A stretch of DNA of 64,000 nt, from NCBI GenBank assembly GCA_965646995.1, contig CBFGBH010000001.1:16372-80371 (forward strand), in the 5' to 3' direction. Source of the stretch: Candidatus Onthoplasma sp. Its GTDB lineage: Bacteria; Bacillota; Clostridia; Christensenellales; UBA1242. A program made the translations under genes and the position numbers. The first letter of the stretch is position 1. Every line of letters begins with the position of its first letter. Shown here one piece after another: positions 47,968 through 57,042 of this stretch. The notes below the pieces were generated by a model. That model had not been told where the DNA came from. It saw nothing but the letters and a program-made list of their open reading frames with translations, and did not search any database.

Positions 47968-49177
47968 TTACTCTCCTTTACTAATCGTCCATACTCTATT
48001 CGATTTAAACCAATCGGTATCTTTTAATTTTATAGTATTGTTTGAACAATTAATACCTACTTGTTCACTTGCCTTATAAGTCACTATCACAATATTTCCA
48101 TTCATGGAAGTAAATAGGTCTTTCTCCCAATCTACACACAGTGTAGTCACATAGATTTTGTCTGTGTACTTTGATACTCGGTCTATGAATTCTTGTGTCG
48201 GGAATTGATTGACCTTAGTCTTGGTATACTCAGGACTGCCGGCACAGCAACACACGCATACTACTTTGGGTTTGATTACACTGAGTAGTTCATCTGTAGA
48301 CGATGTCTTACTACCATGATGACCTGCTTTATATAGGTCAATTTCTGGCAAAGCATTATTCTCGACTAACATTTGCTCTCCACTATCTTCCAAGTCGCCT
48401 GTGAATAGGTAATGTTTGTCCCCATATGTAAGTAGTATACATACCGAATAGTTATTCTCTGTACTCGCCTTATGAGTAGTATCAGTTAGCTCTCTATCAT
48501 ATTCTGAATAATAATTATATAAAATCTCGAACTTAAGTTCATTCGTCTCATCTAGTATAAATTCACGGCTCGCTCCATTCGTATTATTATAACAATCAAT
48601 AGCCGAGTAATGCACTGCTTCCCCGATCTATCTCTTCATTCAATTCTCTAAGGTAATTATTATACATAGTAGCAGTAGCTTTTTGGTTAGTAGCTGAGCC
48701 AAAATCTATTATAGTCTCGCATTCATATATATCAAATATACTTTTCACTTTGCTAGTCGTAGCAAAGCCTGCATAATGGTCTTGGTGTGCATGTGTAACT
48801 ATGACATATTCGAGCGTATTATCTGTCATATATTTATTGAGATAAGATGACACTGTCGCTATGCTATTTGACTTTGAGCCACAGTCGATTAGTATATCAA
48901 TATCTCCATATTTTATATAAGTACAATCGCCAGTATATTTATTGCCCAGTTCTAAGAAATGTATAGATAATTCGTCACTTGCACCTGTGAGCTGTACGCT
49001 CGAGATATCTTCCGTATCTGAATATGAATAGTAGATCTCTTCTCCTATGGTCAATATCTCGGTAGGTGGTAGGGTCGCATAGGTGTAACCAACTACACCT
49101 CCTGCAAAACCTATAATTAAACCTATTATGCAGATAATGAACGATACGAGCGGATTTGATTTTTTTCTTTTAGACAT
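47968..49177 (-). pseudogene. membrane-anchored MBL-fold (ComEC C-terminal-like) hydrolase, split by a frameshift
   Basis: N-terminal half (ORF 48596..49231, real start ATG 49177) has a TM anchor and HAHQDH. C-terminal half (47968..48615) has FTGDLE and AGHHGS. The halves overlap in different frames, and removing one G from the G4 run at 48621..48624 restores a single ORF. Confidence 0.65.
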
Positions 49178-49688
49178 TTTCTCCTCCTTGTGATTCATTA
49201 GGTAGCATTTCTTCACTCTCGCTCGGCTCAACGAATGTGATTAATCGTATCTTCTGTACCTTAAATATGCTACCATATTTGAGACAATTCACTTTATATA
49301 CGATATAGAATGTACCTATCTCGTCTGACGAAAACTCGCCATTCGCACCACGATTAAGGTTGGTATCAATCTCCACTTTCGCACTCATATCACGACCAAA
49401 TGAGACTACCGCCACTCCTTCGTTTAAATAGGATTCGCCAAGCGTCAAAGTTATCTCGTCACGACCGATTATCTCAAACTTATCATTTCGTGATAAATAC
49501 CAGCACAACCCTACACCTATCAATGCTCCTAAAAGTACCAAAACTAATAATGCTATCAATACATTTTTATTAGTGTGTTTTAATGTCTTTTCTACTTGCT
49601 TGCCGGTCTTTTTAGTTGATTTACTATCGAATCTGATATTTAGACCTGCTCTAGCACTCGTCTTGCTCGCTGATTTTCTAGTCGCCAT
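49170..49688 (-). CDS. membrane-anchored protein with an Ig-like (DUF5011-like) ectodomain
   Basis: 172 aa. Basic N-terminus, one TM helix, then a pattern GESYLNEGVAVVSFGRD...IGTFYIVYKV reminiscent of DUF5011. Confidence 0.4.
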   Translation of the reverse strand: MATRKSASKTSARAGLNIRFDSKSTKKTGKQVEKTLKHTNKNVLIALLVLVLLGALIGVGLCWYLSRNDKFEIIGRDEITLTLGESYLNEGVAVVSFGRDMSAKVEIDTNLNRGANGEFSSDEIGTFYIVYKVNCLKYGSIFKVQKIRLITFVEPSESEEMLPNESQGGENV

Positions 49689-49697
49689 ATACTCTCC

Positions 49698-50216
49698 TTA
49701 AATATTCTTTGCATAATAATTGACCACTATCTCGACCGGTTTAGTTTCGCCCGCTCGTAACGGCTCGTACTCGATAGCTGTTTTTACATAGTCCATGAAA
49801 CCATAATGAAAATATATCATAATATTTTTCGGCTCGCTCGGCTCTACGCCCAAAGTCAATCTAGTGTAGCCACGCTTCTTCATATCATTCTCAAGGAAGT
49901 TATATAACTTAGAAAAATAGCCCTTGCCTTGATACTTCTCTATCGTACGGAATGCAAACAGATATGCAGCCTTTTCATCTACGAGACCATCACTATTCTG
50001 ACACGCATCTTTTGATAACGCTACACATGCCTCCGTGATAATCTCGCCATCTAATATTCCTATATATGTAATTCGTTTCTTCTCTTTGAAGAATTTAACT
50101 GCTTCTGTCTTCCACTCAACCCATGCGCTGTCATTAGGATGCTTTTTTATCTCGTAATCAAATTTTTTCTTAATCTCATCTAGTGTTGCCACTTTGCAAA
50201 CAAAATCTTTTTTCAT
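49698..50216 (-). CDS. GNAT family N-acetyltransferase
   Basis: 172 aa. FRTIEKYQGKGYFSKLYNFLENDMKKRGYTRLTLGVE resembles the acetyl-CoA binding core. Confidence 0.65.
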   Translation of the reverse strand: MKKDFVCKVATLDEIKKKFDYEIKKHPNDSAWVEWKTEAVKFFKEKKRITYIGILDGEIITEACVALSKDACQNSDGLVDEKAAYLFAFRTIEKYQGKGYFSKLYNFLENDMKKRGYTRLTLGVEPSEPKNIMIYFHYGFMDYVKTAIEYEPLRAGETKPVEIVVNYYAKNI

Positions 50217-50292
50217 TTCTTAACTCCAAAAATATTGTATCATATATAATTTTAATCTCCAACAGAACTAATATAAAAAATAAAAAACGAGA

Positions 50293-51960
50293 TTAGTACT
50301 CGTTTTTTATTTTCTTAATTAAATTATTTAGTCTACTTTTGCACTCTTTTTCGCCTAGAATACACATTATTGAGTACAAATCTGGGCTATTCACTTTGCC
50401 TGTTATTGCTAGACGGACAAACTTCGATGCGTCTGTGATATTGCCAGCATATTGGGTCGGATTCTGTTTATAGGTCTTATTATCTGTGAAATTATGCTTG
50501 AATGCCACTTCTTTCAGATTTTCAAACCATGTGCTATTATCTTGAGCTTCAATATAGTTATTATTATAATCTTGTAAAAACTCTATAAGTAACTGCTTAT
50601 CCACAGCACCTAATTCTATGTCATAATTAGGTGCGAAAGCTGGCAGTACATAGTCGTATAATGAAAGTATATCACTATACATAGTAATGTCTTTTCGAGG
50701 TCGGTCTCCTCCGCGGTCGATTGAGAATATTTGAAGTAAAACCGCTTTATTAGCTTTTAATACTTTCTCCACATCTTTATTCCACTCACTCGCCCAAGCG
50801 ACAGCTTTATCATAAACCTCATCTGCTGTGTATCGTGAAATAATCGTTTTCGATATATCGTTAAGTTTCATGAAATCAAACATTGGATTCGTGACACCTA
50901 TCTTCTTTAGCGAGAATGGGAACTCGGTGTAGTGGAGAGTTGGATTATTCTTTCTCCACAATTCGAAATCACTATTAAGTAGATTGAGTAAATATTCAAT
51001 TACCGCCTCTACTGGATAGCCCTGTCTTAAGAAAAATCTAGCGTCTGCAAAAGTATCTTTTCGTTTACTAATTTTACGCTTATGTCCATTCTCGTCCAGT
51101 ACACAGATATTAGGAGTATGTGCATATCTAAATGGGGCACGACCGAATGCTCGAGCCAGTTCTAAGTGAACAGGTAGCGACTGATACCAATCCTGTCCAC
51201 GCACGATGACGGTCGTTCCCATTAGCATATCATCCACAATATGTGCGAACGAATACACTGGTACACCATTTGATTTAATAAGCACATCGTCCTTTGCATT
51301 CTCTCGAATCTCTTTCTTACCCATTATCTCATCAGTATATGGGTGTGTCTTACTGCTATCTCCCATAGAGCGAAGTCTGAGCGCAAAGGTCTTGCCTTCT
51401 TTAATATTCTTCTCTATCTCTTCATATGTTAAATCTCTACATGGGTCTTTTACTTCTAGTTCGGAGTTTTCATTCAACTCTTCTTCTCGTCTTTTCAATA
51501 CATCCGCCTTACCAGTCGTGGCAGTACAAAAACATGGGAATGCTCTCCCCCTCTTCACCAATTCATGAGCGAACGCTCGATATATTTCTACTCTCTCGCT
51601 CTGCTTGTATGGACCATAGTCCCCTGACTGCGATAATTTATCTCCACGATAACCTTCGTCTGGAGTTAGCCCAAAACGAACGAGTGAATTGTATCCAATC
51701 TCTCCAGCCTCGTCAACTTCACGCTTATTGTCAGTATCTTCCGAACGCATATAAAATACGCCATCGTTTTCTCTCGCTGTCAGCCTATCGCACAAAGCTT
51801 GATATACTGTGCCTATGTGAAGATAACCTGTAGGACTAGGCGCTACACGAGTCACTTCTCCTTTGGTCTGGCGTGATGGATATTTATTAATATAAAAACT
51901 TGCATCCAAAGCATTTGGATACAATAAATCTGCTAATTTAGTTAATTCTAATTCAGTCAT
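50293..51960 (-). CDS. gltX: glutamate--tRNA ligase
   Basis: 555 aa. HIGH-type motif PSPTGYLHIGT and KMSKS-type KISKRK. Confidence 0.88.
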   Translation of the reverse strand: MTELELTKLADLLYPNALDASFYINKYPSRQTKGEVTRVAPSPTGYLHIGTVYQALCDRLTARENDGVFYMRSEDTDNKREVDEAGEIGYNSLVRFGLTPDEGYRGDKLSQSGDYGPYKQSERVEIYRAFAHELVKRGRAFPCFCTATTGKADVLKRREEELNENSELEVKDPCRDLTYEEIEKNIKEGKTFALRLRSMGDSSKTHPYTDEIMGKKEIRENAKDDVLIKSNGVPVYSFAHIVDDMLMGTTVIVRGQDWYQSLPVHLELARAFGRAPFRYAHTPNICVLDENGHKRKISKRKDTFADARFFLRQGYPVEAVIEYLLNLLNSDFELWRKNNPTLHYTEFPFSLKKIGVTNPMFDFMKLNDISKTIISRYTADEVYDKAVAWASEWNKDVEKVLKANKAVLLQIFSIDRGGDRPRKDITMYSDILSLYDYVLPAFAPNYDIELGAVDKQLLIEFLQDYNNNYIEAQDNSTWFENLKEVAFKHNFTDNKTYKQNPTQYAGNITDASKFVRLAITGKVNSPDLYSIMCILGEKECKSRLNNLIKKIKNEY

Positions 51961-51961
51961 A

Positions 51962-53047
51962 TTAAACTTCTTTGATAAATTTGATTAATTTTGTAAGTGT
52001 CTGATTATATTCGCCTAAGATATATTCATAGTCATCTATGAGTGTCATACAATTCTTTTCTTTAACTGTAGCATTGACATTCTTTGATGTAGTGTAATAA
52101 CTAATTTCTTCGATAGCTTTGAAATATTTAGGTTTATCATTGTTCAAAACATTTTGTATATTTTGCATCTCTACGATTAAATTTTTAAATGTCTTTTTTA
52201 ATTCTATATCATTGTTGATTGCTTCTGCTCGATTATTGTCTATATTCTCACTTATAGATGTTATTTGTGTAGTATATACACCATATTCATTAGGAACTGG
52301 TTTAAACCCGTCATCGTCAGTAAACATACTATATAAAGTGGCACCCTCTACACACTTTTCCAAGAAAAGTCTAGTTTGATTAACCACTTGACATCTCTGT
52401 CTAGATTTTATGTAGATTATGCTATCTAATGTATCCAGTTGCTCTAAAGACATATTATAGAAATCTGGATTGCTGTTTATATTCAAAGCATAGCGATAGT
52501 ATAAATCCATCAAGTTCTCGTTGAATGATACCGTATGACCTAATAATGCTTCAAAATAATAATACACATCGCTGAGTTTAATCATACAATTCAGACTAGT
52601 AACACTATCCCCCGCCTCAAATGAGAATGCGACAGCGTCATTCAAAGCACGTAGACTGTAATTCACTTTCTCTAAAGTCTCTTGCATGCTATCTAAATCA
52701 TGCTTGATATTATTCCTAAGTGACTTACTTGCTCCTAGCTCATCTCTAGATAAACTCTTAGCATAGACATATGCAAAAGTCATCGAATTATCTAATAAAG
52801 GTATATAAAATTCATTAAGTCTAGTATATGGGTCAGTAGCCATGACGCTCAATAATGCTGTATTATTATAACTAAATTTAATCTTACCCTCGACGATATC
52901 TACAAATTCGAGATTGTCTGCCATCTTTTCATATTCTATACTCATATTATTTAAATTATATCCTGGGTCATTGTTACAAGCAGAGAAAAGACATATGCTA
53001 GGTAATAGCATTATCGCTAGTATTAAACTTAACCATTTCATTCTCAT
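51962..53047 (-). CDS. lipoprotein of unknown function
   Basis: 361 aa. Signal MRMKWLSLILAIMLLPSICLFSAC with lipobox. Confidence 0.55.
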   Translation of the reverse strand: MRMKWLSLILAIMLLPSICLFSACNNDPGYNLNNMSIEYEKMADNLEFVDIVEGKIKFSYNNTALLSVMATDPYTRLNEFYIPLLDNSMTFAYVYAKSLSRDELGASKSLRNNIKHDLDSMQETLEKVNYSLRALNDAVAFSFEAGDSVTSLNCMIKLSDVYYYFEALLGHTVSFNENLMDLYYRYALNINSNPDFYNMSLEQLDTLDSIIYIKSRQRCQVVNQTRLFLEKCVEGATLYSMFTDDDGFKPVPNEYGVYTTQITSISENIDNNRAEAINNDIELKKTFKNLIVEMQNIQNVLNNDKPKYFKAIEEISYYTTSKNVNATVKEKNCMTLIDDYEYILGEYNQTLTKLIKFIKEV

Positions 53048-53049
53048 AT

Positions 53050-53910
53050 CTATATTCCTAATATTTGTTTCAAATAATATGTTGCTTTAGCTTCGTTCGA
53101 TGAAGATTCATTGATTGAATTCACGCTTTCAACATTTAAAGCGATATTTTGAGCCAACTTTAATCTATCACATTTCACATATGCTGACAGGAAATTATTA
53201 TTATTGATAGTAAAATCTCCATTTGTATTTGAAGTAGTAAGATAGCCATTATTAAAATCAATATTTTCATTAAAGAAATTAATATTTTTAGCATCTTTAA
53301 CCGAAACATTTTGCGTATCTGTCAATGACTTGAATGTCTCAATGCATACTATTGTATACATTTCTATAATTGCAAATTTCACATCCATATCGGCGTCAAC
53401 CAACATGGTCTGCACACAATTATTTAAATAGCTGACGAACTCACCCATCTTGATAATGTAGCCTGATATATCTATATATGAAGCATTAAAAGCCTTATCC
53501 TTATCAAAACTAGCACCCAATTTATTATTTTCTATGCACTTCCATATATATTGCTCTAACTGATAATCAGCATTCGCCATCTTGCTCTCAGCATTGCTCA
53601 ATTTTGCTATTATTCCATTCTCGTCAATCTTAAAGGATTTAGCGTTAATTAAATATCCACCCAATATATCAGTCATATCTTGCAAATTGGCATTAGTTTG
53701 TTCTAATAAAATTGCTCGAGTTCCTGCAAATTCTTTCGCTTTAGTAAGTTTATCCGAAAATTCAGTTGTACCACTGCTTACTGAGAAATCACTAATATAT
53801 GCGAAACTATCCTGTCGTTTCGTTAGATTCTTGTAAAACAAATATATAGTACCTGCTATGGATGCGATCACCAAGACAATAATTAAAAGTGTCTTAAAAA
53901 ACTTCTTCAT
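53050..53910 (-). CDS. membrane-anchored hypothetical protein
   Basis: Start moved to ATG 53910 (MKKFFKTLLIIVLVIASIAGTIYLF), which lies 7 nt after a full consensus promoter. Confidence 0.5.
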   Translation of the reverse strand: MKKFFKTLLIIVLVIASIAGTIYLFYKNLTKRQDSFAYISDFSVSSGTTEFSDKLTKAKEFAGTRAILLEQTNANLQDMTDILGGYLINAKSFKIDENGIIAKLSNAESKMANADYQLEQYIWKCIENNKLGASFDKDKAFNASYIDISGYIIKMGEFVSYLNNCVQTMLVDADMDVKFAIIEMYTIVCIETFKSLTDTQNVSVKDAKNINFFNENIDFNNGYLTTSNTNGDFTINNNNFLSAYVKCDRLKLAQNIALNVESVNSINESSSNEAKATYYLKQILGI

Positions 53911-53917
53911 ATAGACA

Positions 53918-53946
53918 AGTATAATATTTTTAATATTACTTGTCAA
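53918..53946 (-). promoter_or_regulatory. consensus sigma-A promoter ending 7 nt before ATG 53910 (leaderless candidate)
   Basis: Minus-strand TTGACA, 17 nt, TATACT, then TGTCTAT, then ATG. Confidence 0.6.
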
Positions 53947-54001
53947 TAACTTAATAAACAAATATTAAATCTCTTAATCGTTTTGAATCATATTGAAAGT
54001 G

Positions 54002-54010
54002 TGGTATAAT
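54002..54010 (+). promoter_or_regulatory. extended -10 box TGgTATAAT, 6 nt before ATG 54017 (leaderless candidate)
   Basis: TGGTATAAT, then CAAATT, then ATG. Confidence 0.45.
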
Positions 54011-54016
54011 CAAATT

Positions 54017-54745
54017 ATGAAAACCATATTATTAACAGGGGCGAGTGGGGATATCGGAATTGAGATTGCTCGCACTTTCATCAAAAAAAAATATCGCACT
54101 ATTTTAGTGTACAATCATAATAGAGCGAGTATTGACGCCTTATTGCAAGAGTTTAATAATAGTACTGATATTTTCACATATCAGTGTGACTTGACAATAG
54201 ACACTAAAGTACGCGAGATGGTAGAAGATATTATAAAAAATGTAGGCACTATCGACAGTCTAATTAACTGCGCAGGCATATCACACTATGGCTTAATACA
54301 AGATGAAAGCAAAAAAGATTTTGATAATGTCTTTGACACTAATGTAAAATCAACATTCTTGGCTACTAAATATGTCAGCAAATATATGATTAGTGAGAAA
54401 AAAGGTCAAATAGTAAATATATCTTCCATGTGGGGAAAAGTTGGCAGTAGTATGGAGAGTCTATATTCTGCTAGCAAAGGAGCTATTAATTCATTTACAC
54501 TATCTCTCGCTAAAGAGTTGGGACCTAGTAATATCCGCGTGAATGCCATATGCCCAGGATTAATAGAGAGCAAAATGAATTCAATTCTTTCAAAAGAGAC
54601 TATTGATGAATTAATCGAATCCACTCCACTATCTAGAATTGGTAAACCTATAGATGTCGCTAAGCTTGCATTATACCTATGTAGCGACGACGCTAGTTTC
54701 ATCACAGGACAAATAATCTCTGTAGATGGTGGCTTTGCATTATAA
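54017..54745 (+). CDS. short-chain dehydrogenase/reductase, FabG-like
   Basis: TGASGDIG cofactor motif and YSASKGAINSF catalytic YxxxK. Start moved from TTG 53993 to ATG 54017. Confidence 0.8.
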   Translation: MKTILLTGASGDIGIEIARTFIKKKYRTILVYNHNRASIDALLQEFNNSTDIFTYQCDLTIDTKVREMVEDIIKNVGTIDSLINCAGISHYGLIQDESKKDFDNVFDTNVKSTFLATKYVSKYMISEKKGQIVNISSMWGKVGSSMESLYSASKGAINSFTLSLAKELGPSNIRVNAICPGLIESKMNSILSKETIDELIESTPLSRIGKPIDVAKLALYLCSDDASFITGQIISVDGGFAL

Positions 54746-54767
54746 AAAGAGCGAATATTCGCTCTTT

Positions 54768-55211
54768 TTATTTTTTCTTCTCGCTTAATGCTTTTGCTGC
54801 GGTTGCATGCTCTACTAGACTCTCACCTACACACCATGTAGCAATCATATAACCAGTGGTCATTAATGAGATAATTGATACTGATATGAATAGATTGAAG
54901 AATTCTGTCGCAAGTCCGCCAACGCCTACATTCATGAAATACATGATTCCAGCCATGATTACTGCTAATAAACTCAGAACATACACTATCACTGAAGATA
55001 CGGTCTTCGCTTCCCCTGTGGAAGTACATATAATATCAAATATTATTGCACCTATAACGAAGCCTATCCACACGAAATATACGATTTTAGCCCATAGTGC
55101 CACACCTCTAGCTATTAAGACATAGATAAAGAATGCTGACATGATTAGAGCCAATGCTGCTAGAGTATAATACACAACAGTAGTCAAAATCCTTTTATTT
55201 TTTACGCTCAT
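54768..55211 (-). CDS. integral membrane protein
   Basis: About 147 aa from the AGGAGG-preceded ATG at 55211. Four hydrophobic helices. Confidence 0.5.
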   Translation of the reverse strand: MSVKNKRILTTVVYYTLAALALIMSAFFIYVLIARGVALWAKIVYFVWIGFVIGAIIFDIICTSTGEAKTVSSVIVYVLSLLAVIMAGIMYFMNVGVGGLATEFFNLFISVSIISLMTTGYMIATWCVGESLVEHATAAKALSEKKK

Positions 55212-55339
55212 AAGTCCTCCTGAGAGTATTGTTCTCAAATTAATCCTTTTTATACTAAATATCTAAATTTTTACTTAAAATTTAATTAATTATTGACATA
55301 TTAAAAATTTCATATATAATATCAATACTTGGAGGTAAA

Positions 55340-55597
55340 ATGGTACTAGAAGTTAGAATAAACGAACTTAATGAAGAGTTAGACACGTTGGATAGTGAAG
55401 CAATAAATGTTGATTTGTGTATCGGTTGTTTAAATGATATAATAGATGAATCTCGAGCATTAATTCACACTATAGAGTTAAGAGAAGCGTTCAATGACTA
55501 TCCTAACTTGAGCGAAATAAAAGAAACACTATGTTCAATCAATAACCGCGCTTTTAATAAAAAAAATGAGATACAATCAAAACTATTAAATTTATAA
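55340..55597 (+). CDS. hypothetical small acidic protein
   Basis: 85-aa ORF with RBS GGAGG. No family recognised. Confidence 0.4.
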   Translation: MVLEVRINELNEELDTLDSEAINVDLCIGCLNDIIDESRALIHTIELREAFNDYPNLSEIKETLCSINNRAFNKKNEIQSKLLNL

Positions 55598-55626
55598 AAA
55601 TACAGCTTTTTAGCGCTGTATTTTTC
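55597..55626 (+). terminator. Rho-independent terminator
   Basis: Hairpin ATACAGC/GCTGTAT followed by TTTTT. Confidence 0.55.
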
Positions 55627-55668
55627 TTATTATTGATAAACAAATAAAAACATAAGTCTAACTTCATG

Positions 55669-56547
55669 CTATTCTTTATTGTCTTGTTTTTGATAAATAT
55701 TAAACGAGTTTATAGAAGTTTCGGCAATCCATTGAGTCAAATCAATTTCATCATAAACTAATCGCTCATCAAACATATTGCTATATTCTCTAGCCAATTC
55801 CAATAAGATAAGTCCAATTCTACCCAAAATCCAAATAAAATCATATGAACCAATTTGTTGATTTATGTAAGTTCCGTGTGAAAATTTGCAACAATATTTA
55901 TAACGAACAATAAAACTATCTTTAAATTCGGAATTGTTCATTTTAGTATATTCTAACAAGTCTGCAAAGACATATTTACGATTTTTATTTTCTAATAAAT
56001 CGAGCCAACCATAATTCAAATAGTTCTGCCTAGAAGTATTCTTTGGTACTTTTTGACAAAATTCTTTGGGGTATTCTCCACTTTGTTCAAACTCGAACCT
56101 ATATTGCATGAATTTATAGTAATTATCGGCTAGCATTTCATTATCATTTATTGTAAAAAATATACATATACTTTCTATTACCGTTCTAAATAATGAAAAA
56201 GCATTTCCACAATTATCTGTTTCTGTTAGCAAGAGAATAGATCTCATCGTTTTTAGCAATGTAATCATTGTATTAATCTTAAAATTTCCATTTAGCCCAA
56301 TGGGTCTAACTTTATTTTGTAATTTTTCATCCAACTTCATAAGTAAAAGATTAATCATACATCTTATAGAATAATTAATTGTTGTATGTGATAAATAATT
56401 GTTACTTTTATCAAAATATGAGAACAATAATCTTAGACGACAATGTAGCATTGCTTTATTTTTTAAGCTTTCACAATATTTAGAATTTTTTAAATTATTG
56501 TTTTTCAATTCATCTGTCTCAAACAAATTTTCATACCAAAATATCAT
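55669..56547 (-). CDS. hypothetical all-helical protein (orphan)
   Basis: 292-aa ORF with no TM segments. No family confidently recognised. Confidence 0.5.
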   Translation of the reverse strand: MIFWYENLFETDELKNNNLKNSKYCESLKNKAMLHCRLRLLFSYFDKSNNYLSHTTINYSIRCMINLLLMKLDEKLQNKVRPIGLNGNFKINTMITLLKTMRSILLLTETDNCGNAFSLFRTVIESICIFFTINDNEMLADNYYKFMQYRFEFEQSGEYPKEFCQKVPKNTSRQNYLNYGWLDLLENKNRKYVFADLLEYTKMNNSEFKDSFIVRYKYCCKFSHGTYINQQIGSYDFIWILGRIGLILLELAREYSNMFDERLVYDEIDLTQWIAETSINSFNIYQKQDNKE

Positions 56548-56586
56548 CGCAAGGTTTGCACATAAGTCAAAGTCAATATCATCAAC

Positions 56587-56793
56587 TCAAAGCGCAAAAA
56601 CAGGATTATATTGAAAATTATAATATTTAGGTATCATTAAATTAAATTTGTCTGATGTCTTTATTTCTTCCTTTAGACGAATCATAGTGTTTGGCTTCAT
56701 AAATTTTGTAAACATTTTTTTAAAAATTTCATTCCTATATCTATTATTTTTTTCTATCTCGTTTTGCAAATTAAATTCATTTTGCTTACTCAT
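56587..56793 (-). CDS. hypothetical small basic protein
   Basis: 68 aa from ATG 56793. Weakly placed RBS. Confidence 0.3.
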   Translation of the reverse strand: MSKQNEFNLQNEIEKNNRYRNEIFKKMFTKFMKPNTMIRLKEEIKTSDKFNLMIPKYYNFQYNPVFAL

Positions 56794-57042
56794 ATTAATA
56801 AAAATCTCCTTGAATTTAAGGTTAGCATAAAGTAGATTATATAGCAAATATTTAATATGAAAATATCTCTTCTACTAATGTTTAAAGCTATCAAAAATAC
56901 AAATATAATAATTAATTAAAAAAAGCGGAGATTACTACCTTAAATGTATCCCCACTTCTATCATAAAAAGCATTAATTATTTAATTTCATTATTATATAT
57001 AATTTTTTATATATTTTAAAAAAATATTAAAATTTATTTATT

